Below, one piece after another: positions 11,001 to 17,113 of a stretch of DNA of 64,000 bases (position 1 is the stretch's first letter; every line of letters starts with the position of its first letter). Both the position numbers and the translations under genes were made by a program. The notes beneath the pieces were generated by a model that did no database searches, was not told the DNA's origin, and saw only the letters and a program-made list of their open reading frames with translations. Origin of the DNA: a virus. The stretch lies in IMG/VR virus record IMGVR_UViG_3300021478_000015, positions 92,984 to 156,983 of that record; one strand, written 5' to 3'.

Positions 11001-14000
11001 ACTTGATGGACGAGCAGGCCGCTCATGAAAGCGATTGGCACAAGCAGGCTGGGCTATCGACCTTCATAGCCATCGAGGCTCACCCTGACAGCTACCATAC
11101 GCTGTATCGAGGATTGCACTTCGGTGAGATTGAGCCACACAATATCGATGACTTCCACAAGAATCCCCAGAAGTACATGGGCCATGAGAAGAATGTTGGG
11201 ATCCATTGGACCGACAATCCGGACTCGGCCTACAACTTTGCCACCGATAGAGATCCCGAAGGCTGGGCGCATGAGGGAGATCCCGATGAGGAGCAGGGAC
11301 ATCTCCACGGCGTGATCCTGGAGGGAAGAGTCCATCCTCGCCACATCATCGACCCGGAGTCTGAGGAGGGCCAGGGCTATGCCATGTCCGACGCCATCCT
11401 GGGCCATGAGCATCCCGAGAACGAGGTGACGGTGCGCGGCGATGCCCGTGTGCATGTCCACAAGATCCACGCCATCACCGAGCACCCCGAGACCGGTGAG
11501 AATCGTTGGACCACCCACAACGTCTCAGAGCATCACTTGGCCGTTCAATATGAAGCCCTCGGTCCTTATCGCAAGATCAACGTCGAAGACATCAAGCGCA
11601 ACATGATCATTCGTCCCAGTTGGGGGCAACATGATTGGACCCGTACTACTGGTGATGCTCAGCATGATCCCGATCATCCTGACGACACTTCGCGTGAGTT
11701 TCCCGATGAGGATGATCCCGATCACGTCAAGATGTACGTGATCCCCATTCACCGGACCTTCACGCCCCATCAGCCTGAGGGGACTCCCTATCACGTCCGG
11801 GTTCGCAAGCAGGCCGGATTGGAGGGCTTCATAGCGGCCCAGGGACCTACCTACTACCAGGGGCGGCGCAGCGATGGCAGCCGGGCTCAGATCGGCGGAG
11901 AGCGGGGTCAGGGCTGGGACGAGCATATGTTCGTGTCCCACGATCCCGAGGTGGCCCGCCTGTACGCCGGGCATCAGGGCAGCGTCCACGCCATCCACAT
12001 GGCCCCCGACACCAAGGTGCTCAAGATCGACCGGGCCAATGGCCCCACCTGGAAGCGCTACGCCAAGGGCACCGAGGGCCAGGGCCTGCTGGACGAGGCC
12101 AAGACCATCGTGGCCCGTGCCGGAGGAGAGGGCTACCACGTTGTGGAGTTCCACCGGCCGCACGATTACATCGGCCACGTCATCCTGGACCGATCCAAGG
12201 TTCAGGGCGAGGAGCATATGGCCGCCGGTCACGGTGATCTCATAGGACGAGGATTACACCTCAATCTCTCCGATGAAGACGGCGATCATGAGCTAGCCAA
12301 TAAGATCTGGGATCATCATCCTGATGCGGCTCGACATCTCCTCCACACTATCCATGACATAGGCGGTGGTCACGCCGGGGCTTGGTGGGGAAGACTTAAT
12401 CCTCAACATCGTGAGTTCAGCACCCATGAGGTCAAGGATTACGCCGAAGGAGGCGAAGGCGGCGAGGAGTTGATGAACAAGTGGCATCCTGAGGCCCATG
12501 ATCCCGAGGAAGGCAATCACGGTTTGCACGGTGGTGTGGATGTCGCCTTGATCGCTCACAACACCCATGGCTGGGACCCCGAGAAGAATCCTCTGGTGGC
12601 GGGCGGGCTCATGGGTAGCTCCTACATCCCCGAGGGCCAGGGCAAGGACATGCCCCTGCACTCGATCCATGTCAACGACGGTAGGGGCTGGCGACGGCTG
12701 CCTCACCCTCCTGGGCTGACCGTGACCGCGGCTGACGATGACGAGGATTGGCGGGGCCTGCACCAGCCCTCGATGGGGCCGCCTATCCACAACCTGCTGG
12801 AGAAGGACGAGGACGGCGGCCAGCTAGCCCCTGACGACATCTACACCCACATGCACTACTACACCGATGGCGAGGCCAACTGGGACAACGAGTCCCACGC
12901 CGCTATCCGCAAGGCCCGTGGTGACATGCCGCTACACCAGCGCCCGGCTGCACCGGCCAAGATGTTCTCGGAGCGAGCCGGTGGGGGCGAGATGAGCCCG
13001 GCCCGAGAAGCTGAAAGCGATGAGGCCTTCGCCCAGCGCCAGCAACGGCGCAAAGACGGTGAGCACCACGTCACCATCTACCGGGCTGCCCCCAAGGGGC
13101 TCAAGTCCATCGGGCCAGGGGATTGGGTCACGCCCTCGCCCAGCTACGCCCGCGACCACGCCCGTCAGGCCAGCGACCCCAAGAAGGACTGGCCGGTCTA
13201 CAAGGCCTCGGTCCCGGCCAAGCATGTGCGCTGGGCCGGGGACTCCCTCAACGAGTTCGGATATTCGGGGCCTGCGGTTAAGCCCACTTACCACACCAGG
13301 GGTGGCACCCAGGCCGAGCGTCTGGCCGCATTCGTGGTCGAGGCTGATCAGCCTTACGCCGGGGGCTACCAGTTCAAGTTCCGCAAGGCCCAACCCAACT
13401 CCATGGAGGCTCAGGCCGATAAGACGCTGAACTATCACCGCCTGGATGCCTTCCATGAGAACACCCAGGATCTTACCCAGGGTCGCGGTGGTCATGCAGG
13501 CTTTCTACTCTGGCATCACAAGACCGGTGAGATCGGCAGTATCGAGACCCTGCCCGAGCATCAGCGTCGAGGGCTGGCCACCGAGATGCTGGACCAGGCC
13601 CGCCAGATCTCCGCCACCACCCGAGGGGTCAAGCCCCCGAAGCACTCCAATCAGCGCACCGACGCCGGGGAGGCCTGGGCACGCTCGACTGGCGACCGGC
13701 TGCCTCGCCGGGTGCAATCCCTGGCCGCCTTCGTGGCTGCCCTGGACCCCTCCGAGATCTCTGAGACCTCACCGGAGGAGTTCCACCGCAACTTCTCCCG
13801 GTCCATCGCCGGTAGCCCCTTCGAGCGTCATGTCACCAACCACACCCCGGAGGAGATCCGCTCCGAGGGTATGAAGCCGCTTACTATCAACCATGGTACG
13901 AGTGGTGTCCTGATCCATGATCACGGGGATGGTAGGATAGAGCCGACAGGACTGTACAACGATCGGGAGAAAGGAGTGAAGGGTGCCGGTATAGATCTTC

Positions 14001-14398
14001 TCAAGCATGCCGTTGAGCATCACGGGGCGAACTACTTTGAGTGTTACGGCCCGCAACTGCCGAAGATGTACGAGAAGCTCGGGTTCCATACCACCGAGAA
14101 GTATCCGTTCGATCCCTCCCAGGCCCATCCGGACTGGGATTACGAGCAGCACAACCACCCTGATTACCACATCATGAGACCGAACGATCCCCAGCAGAAG
14201 ACGGCCGCGCTCCCGGCTGACGTGATCAGTCTTTCCGACGTGGACTGGGACGACCCGGCGGCGGTGGCCGCGTTCAAGGCCCAGACCGAAGCTGAGCTTG
14301 ACGCTGAGGGCGGCCAGGACTGGGTCCACATGACGCCCGAGCAGAAGGAAGCCTCCTGGCAGGCAGCCCTGGCTCAACTCGGGGTCCATCTCCCCTAG
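5048..14398 (+). CDS. prohead (capsid maturation) protease fused to a multi-enzyme polyprotein (ART, Nudix, ParB, GNAT, papain-like modules)
   Basis: N-terminal ~220 aa has PVFVNH / TSMG / CSACG..YCRH / FFENS..DPAD of a prohead protease. Downstream motifs: perfect Nudix box (GGHLNPDEAPVEGAIREWKEELG), GNHR and GHHR ParB motifs, LYRG..SS..EQE, FYHGT, HQRRGLAT. Located just upstream of the scaffold and capsid genes. Confidence 0.85.
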   Translation: MKHYAALEIISAEYGDQHSLRHLAHRADFTYAPRPGYLYVRSRAISSRTNDNFDDFPAEEIEKGYRSFIGKPVFVNHVNEDHKRARGVVIDAALHHDVNPNGSPDTWCEVLMEVDALRFPKLAQAIVQGHIDRTSMGVDVEYSICSACGNKATNPAEYCRHIPQMKGSKIVRRNAATNRPEETLIFETCYGLSFFENSLLVEDPADPTAYFLGVDDRGLRMAQKTAHRKLCRQCLTSSSCAAYGCGRSSEGLGAFVASTPGNFDKIPQHHWDYLSDLVDRVGQREKTPKVCWQVFSAIDHKLGYPQESGYYRGEGHYWNRLPDGSILDASHDQFEEDDDPVRIFAPGDPEHGHFKTAVRHQEGLGAFVAAHDLDEAVTSFKPYAEEQGWHDPTCVGGQCDVASTEFAQHLHEHGIPHEVVTHYPEPGGPMSHSVVEVGDHTVDWTARQFDPKADFPHIEPHHVTRSRWHRTEPYYGEIEYGKDYREASLAGDKSWIKEEHDYEGRHGERRHITRTMTGALPTHLVQHLMGVKGEIPGEHRNKQGQQWEDFKSDIAQNGIKNPIFITQDPGERPKISEGNHRRDAAVELGHPYVPVEMRYFGHAEQDPDNLEDKAQAHFDRENQIRSLGTRRLARYEPEPDAPEEGEYEKEPDPSGFFPNGIATRWRQAHKPLVADALHAWKGDPVNALTHWHHELNDDPQPDSGSGKQMRAQSGALRWELQNNSKTFGRKLYRGVPTAQDRLPKVGDIIDHDDRPRGYSSNRATAWAFARKSGSDHLRRPLVPVTYQTAPGTQGLRIKDYGTGSGLDQSEQEYVLHGQHQVTHVESTDKGLHVRTRPLQSYTAGLRGFVAARGDDPGLDEALDQLGEILSRPSHAPPPKILPEAHEMYGGYIHEHPSGHLHVSEAPGALSKPLEKLYRIVHPKEWEEAQQKGYLQSNTAFSPGYTRASAQPDERWRRQSADPSEIAPKGHTIEIDYHPDDNWHASAEGYAATRSKIPLSRVRKMAKTEVSVAGLAVLAADTGRVLMLQRANHDVKDPAAGTWEFPGGHLNPDEAPVEGAIREWKEELGCKLPAGHVQGHWISKKIYQGFVYVIEHEDEVDINHDHENRQVLNPDDPDGDEIEVAAWFEPKDLPDMPALRDEVKSGTDWSKLKLKKTAGLEAFLAAYYHVSPHWLPSGTKLTPGGGRRNFGGRADSDAVYMAGSEGEAEQWGNAMAQDEPTGHLHIYEVQPHGPVTHSQGHVTMDDFHDVIGQHAAPAATIVRHHYSYDPESGEAFYPHEAGLGALAAAEPTFYHGTSDDLEPGSQLSVEEATRRQPEVAKALEDRGGQHISFTTDYQHAQMYAGVRAQTRGGTPRVYRVQPTGGYEPNPADEKWREGKPPMSFRTKEPVTVLGEATPPKRRRKQSGLMAFVAVNASDEVPPEPGLSPIPEGHVRLFHQTGPKHVESIRQNGLTMEHARATGGPVGVWASHGTRFYPGQDHATVEFHVPYKELQDTAGGQSPHRHQPQEDWEQSNHHTLVIPRSIKPHEITAIHEPWHDRYRYFHNEGMTDEVKQGGFDNLKDIPDYGRAIDKIKSEASLHLAMNTEDEVPPRLGTAPIPEGHVRLYHHTWSKNVPSIREHGLLAEMGKGDSGKGYGNELSAGVWAASQHPEPDPQSDRHVIEFHAHPSEIDVNGPSPGQDVHKWQQGDHNVLMRGSVKPENILAIHAPWHTAYHQINDDPRDREDVKNGKLDWVHNDPSMPGVSKAVHKIQAEGAARPNIGKGWWLTPEGKKIGVYDHYETTPGMARQMIRPHMAESGQVRVRSFNNQLNVQTARPFTDKQRQSLLMDADRHSRMFVDVLHPDTEESIHSESGGPEEADRMLARAHRAAIPHEAKRAVQGARKVTQVPLQHILTHTEPTDMASYGHTWPDAFRDIEENHEDFAPKHWGKFLDHVQAHGIQTPVVILHDGERQKLFSGHHRVWAAHRLGLSHVPAYHTDDPSEAYDLMDEQAAHESDWHKQAGLSTFIAIEAHPDSYHTLYRGLHFGEIEPHNIDDFHKNPQKYMGHEKNVGIHWTDNPDSAYNFATDRDPEGWAHEGDPDEEQGHLHGVILEGRVHPRHIIDPESEEGQGYAMSDAILGHEHPENEVTVRGDARVHVHKIHAITEHPETGENRWTTHNVSEHHLAVQYEALGPYRKINVEDIKRNMIIRPSWGQHDWTRTTGDAQHDPDHPDDTSREFPDEDDPDHVKMYVIPIHRTFTPHQPEGTPYHVRVRKQAGLEGFIAAQGPTYYQGRRSDGSRAQIGGERGQGWDEHMFVSHDPEVARLYAGHQGSVHAIHMAPDTKVLKIDRANGPTWKRYAKGTEGQGLLDEAKTIVARAGGEGYHVVEFHRPHDYIGHVILDRSKVQGEEHMAAGHGDLIGRGLHLNLSDEDGDHELANKIWDHHPDAARHLLHTIHDIGGGHAGAWWGRLNPQHREFSTHEVKDYAEGGEGGEELMNKWHPEAHDPEEGNHGLHGGVDVALIAHNTHGWDPEKNPLVAGGLMGSSYIPEGQGKDMPLHSIHVNDGRGWRRLPHPPGLTVTAADDDEDWRGLHQPSMGPPIHNLLEKDEDGGQLAPDDIYTHMHYYTDGEANWDNESHAAIRKARGDMPLHQRPAAPAKMFSERAGGGEMSPAREAESDEAFAQRQQRRKDGEHHVTIYRAAPKGLKSIGPGDWVTPSPSYARDHARQASDPKKDWPVYKASVPAKHVRWAGDSLNEFGYSGPAVKPTYHTRGGTQAERLAAFVVEADQPYAGGYQFKFRKAQPNSMEAQADKTLNYHRLDAFHENTQDLTQGRGGHAGFLLWHHKTGEIGSIETLPEHQRRGLATEMLDQARQISATTRGVKPPKHSNQRTDAGEAWARSTGDRLPRRVQSLAAFVAALDPSEISETSPEEFHRNFSRSIAGSPFERHVTNHTPEEIRSEGMKPLTINHGTSGVLIHDHGDGRIEPTGLYNDREKGVKGAGIDLLKHAVEHHGANYFECYGPQLPKMYEKLGFHTTEKYPFDPSQAHPDWDYEQHNHPDYHIMRPNDPQQKTAALPADVISLSDVDWDDPAAVAAFKAQTEAELDAEGGQDWVHMTPEQKEASWQAALAQLGVHLP

Positions 14399-14551
14399 TG
14401 GTTAGAACAACCCTACTGGGAAGGGTTGTGCCATATTGCGGTGCCCCAGGGAGGAGGGACCCCGAAGGGTGTCAGTCCCCATTGGACGGTGCTCAGGCCA
14501 AATGCATTCCCCGGAGCCTCTAGGAGGTCGTTGACGGGTTGCTCTAACCAC
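14398..14551 (+). ncRNA. candidate rod-like structured RNA or inverted-repeat element
   Basis: 14398-14413 GTGGTTAGAACAACCC pairs 15/16 with 14536-14551 GGGTTGCTCTAACCAC; nested inner stems. Confidence 0.45.
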
Positions 14552-14592
14552 AACTGACAATAGCATCTCGGGCCGGGGGATGTGGGCGCGGG

Positions 14593-14628
14593 CCTGTCGG
14601 TGACCGGGTCAGGGCGACGAAGGGATGA
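14593..14628 (+). promoter_or_regulatory. late-promoter-like motif copy 2
   Basis: CCTGTC-N11-CAG-N5-CGAAG-N3-TGA, 1 nt before ATG 14630. Confidence 0.8.
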
Positions 14629-14629
14629 G

Positions 14630-16813
14630 ATGTCGGTCTTCACCGCCAAGGAGCAGATCTCGGTCCCGCCCGAGGTGGACACCATGCGGGAGGAGATCTG
14701 CCCGGTCTGCGGGTCGGATGACTCCTACGTGGGCGACAAGTGCTCGGTGTGCGGCTTCGAGAAGCCCCCGTCGATCTTCATGGACCCCGACACCTCTCTG
14801 GCTCAGAACGTCAACCTGCGCCAGGAGGACCAGGAGGACCAGAACGACGATGGGGCCGGAGAGCTTCAGTGCCCCAACTGCGGTGAGACCTTCCCCTCCG
14901 CCGAGGCCCTGAACGCGGCCGGGGATCCCCATCTGGCCCCCGCCGCCCAGACCATCCCGGCCGAGCAGGACCTGGAGGTCCCAGAAGGGGCGGAGGAGGA
15001 GCCTGAGCCCCTCCAGAGCCCGGACGACAACCAGATGGCCCCGCCGCCCCCAGCGGGCCAGGAGGGGCCTCCTGAGCCCCCTGAGAACGAAGATGAGCAA
15101 GTCCCGCCCGGCCAAGAGGAGGATGAGGATGAGCAGCCTCCGCCTGAGGGCGCAGTCCCGCCGGAGGAGGAGCCCGAGGAGGAGGGTGGCCCACCTGCTG
15201 AGCTAGCCGGACCCCCTGAGCCCGGTGGAGCCCCCGAGGAGGAGTCTCCCGAGCAGGGCCAGGTCGAGCAGGTCGATCCCGAGGCCATGGCCGAGCAGCA
15301 GTACGCCGCCGACCAGGAGGGCATGCAGCAGACCGGCTACGAGGAGGGCGACATCTGCCCCAACTGTGGCCAGGGCCTGCTCCAGCCCCTCGGCACCGAG
15401 AACGCCGTGCCGGAGCCGGGTCAACCGCCCGAGGTCGAGGGCTCTGACGAGATGCCCCAGGGCGGTCCTCGACCCTTCCCGCCCGGCGTGCCCGGCGATG
15501 ACGAGCCCGAGCCCGAGGACGAAGAGGAGGAGGGTCCTCCCTCAGCGGCTGCTCCGGACCAGGAGGGCGGCGAAGCCGAAGACGAGCAGGAAGACGACGA
15601 AGACGAAGAGGACGAAGACGGGGACCAGCCTCCCTGGCTGAACAAGAAGAAATCAGCAGTTCTTTTTAACTACCAAACCAGCAGCATCGAAAGGAGCCTC
15701 AGTACGATGCCTACCCGCCCCCGCCGCCCAGTGCAGCGCCAAGCTACCACTCAGACCCAGCCCGAGCCGACGCCGCGTAGCTCGGTCCGTACCGCCCTGC
15801 ACGCCTCGCTCAACGCCCAGGCCAACGTCCTGCGCCGTATGACCGCCGCCTGCCAGCAGGAGCGTCTCCTGCGCCTGGCCGCCGAGGCCCGCATCTTTAC
15901 CCTGGAGCGGCAGATGTTCCGCTTCGCCACCTTGGCCGGAGCCGACGCTGACCCCGAGCTTCGAGGCATCAACGAGGAGGGCTATCGGGTCCATGCCTCC
16001 TTGATGGCTCGCGCCGCCTCCTTGCACACCGCCGACCAGAGGGATCCAGCCCAGCCGGTGCCCGAGGGCGCACCCGAGGCCCCCATCGTCACCGAGCAGC
16101 AGGCGGCCGAGCCCGCGGCGCGCACCGACGTGACCCAGCTTGGAGCCACCCCGGTGACCGATGTGTCGGCCGACGCCACCATCGCCGTGGACCAGCCCTA
16201 CGGCACCGAGGCCTTCGAGCCCATGAACCTCAACGAGGTGGACGTGACCGCACCCGTACAGAACACCCAGGGGCACCTGCCGCCTGAGCAAACCATCATC
16301 CCCGTCGAGGTGCGTGTCGGTGACCCCGACGATCCCCAGCCCTCCTACGGCTGGACCCTTGATGGTGGCAATCCGTCCGGCCAGACCGGAGGGTCGGTGG
16401 GATCCGGGCAGCCCACTGCAGGCGCGCCGGGCTCGCCTCCGGGGGTCATGCCGGGCACCAGGGCATCCCGTAACGACGGCCAGGTGTCCCTGGGTGCGCT
16501 GCGCCTGGCTCGTCTTCGCATCCAGGCTGGTATTGCCCCGGCCAACCAGGACGACCTGTCCATCGCCGCGAGCATCCAGGACAACCCGGATATGACCGTC
16601 GAGGCCGTCAACACCGAGATCAAGACCCTGACCCAGGTGCTCTCGGTCCAGGTCCCCAACGGCCGGGTGGCCTCGGCCAACCGTCGCCTGGTCCCTCGCT
16701 CGGCTACCACCCAGAGCCCGGCTCCATCCCTGGCTCCCACCGAGATGGAAGGCCCCATCCGCGCCCATGCCTCCACCGGGCAAGTAACCGCGGATGAGAT
16801 GCTCTTCGAGTAG
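14630..16813 (+). CDS. capsid scaffolding-like protein (acidic, Zn-ribbon motifs)
   Basis: CPVCG..CSVCG and CPNCG x2; long E/P/D-rich region; helical C-terminus; lies between protease and capsid genes; start moved to ATG 14630 after the promoter motif. Confidence 0.7.
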   Translation: MSVFTAKEQISVPPEVDTMREEICPVCGSDDSYVGDKCSVCGFEKPPSIFMDPDTSLAQNVNLRQEDQEDQNDDGAGELQCPNCGETFPSAEALNAAGDPHLAPAAQTIPAEQDLEVPEGAEEEPEPLQSPDDNQMAPPPPAGQEGPPEPPENEDEQVPPGQEEDEDEQPPPEGAVPPEEEPEEEGGPPAELAGPPEPGGAPEEESPEQGQVEQVDPEAMAEQQYAADQEGMQQTGYEEGDICPNCGQGLLQPLGTENAVPEPGQPPEVEGSDEMPQGGPRPFPPGVPGDDEPEPEDEEEEGPPSAAAPDQEGGEAEDEQEDDEDEEDEDGDQPPWLNKKKSAVLFNYQTSSIERSLSTMPTRPRRPVQRQATTQTQPEPTPRSSVRTALHASLNAQANVLRRMTAACQQERLLRLAAEARIFTLERQMFRFATLAGADADPELRGINEEGYRVHASLMARAASLHTADQRDPAQPVPEGAPEAPIVTEQQAAEPAARTDVTQLGATPVTDVSADATIAVDQPYGTEAFEPMNLNEVDVTAPVQNTQGHLPPEQTIIPVEVRVGDPDDPQPSYGWTLDGGNPSGQTGGSVGSGQPTAGAPGSPPGVMPGTRASRNDGQVSLGALRLARLRIQAGIAPANQDDLSIAASIQDNPDMTVEAVNTEIKTLTQVLSVQVPNGRVASANRRLVPRSATTQSPAPSLAPTEMEGPIRAHASTGQVTADEMLFE

Positions 16814-16981
16814 CTATTGATCTCCACTCAGGAACTGGACTTCGAGATAGTCCACCGTCTCCGGGAGCATCAACAGGAACATTCGTAGTTCGCTTCGACG
16901 CATACGCACGGTAATACGAGCCTGTTGATCTGGATTCGGTAGCTCAGGATCCGGGCCGGTAATAGGTGGCAGTGAAGTCAT
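16814..16981 (-). CDS. small antisense-strand protein, probably leaderless
   Basis: 55-aa ORF confined to the intergenic gap; TACAAT (minus strand, 16988-16993) 6 nt before its ATG. Confidence 0.45.
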   Translation of the reverse strand: MTSLPPITGPDPELPNPDQQARITVRMRRSELRMFLLMLPETVDYLEVQFLSGDQ

Positions 16982-17000
16982 GTCGAGATTGTAGATACCC

Positions 17001-17030
17001 ACGAACTCCGGTCTTCGGGCCGGGGTTCGT
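17001..17030 (+). terminator. stem-loop with cUUCGg tetraloop
   Basis: ACGAACTCCGGTC-TTCG-GGCCGGGGTTCGT downstream of the scaffold gene. Confidence 0.6.
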
Positions 17031-17050
17031 TCACGCTCGGCAGAGAAAAG

Positions 17051-17086
17051 CCTGTCCTCCCGACCACCAGAGCGACGAAGTGGTGA
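17051..17086 (+). promoter_or_regulatory. late-promoter-like motif copy 3
   Basis: same fixed-spacing motif upstream of the decoration/capsid operon. Confidence 0.8.
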
Positions 17087-17113
17087 AAGCCACTCATAGG
17101 AGGCTGAGCGCCC

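Noticed and set aside
5697-14389. many long overlapping ORFs on the opposite strand or in alternative frames, here and throughout the window
   Set aside because: Shadow ORFs expected from high-GC3 coding; no motifs, RBS or coupling.
5048-14398. inteins as the explanation for the giant ORF
   Set aside because: No C/S...HN-C/S/T splice junction pairs or LAGLIDADG motifs were recognised at the module boundaries.
14582-14629. longer N-terminus of the scaffold as given in the ORF track
   Set aside because: It overlaps the promoter motif; ATG 14630 fits the pattern of the other motif-led genes.
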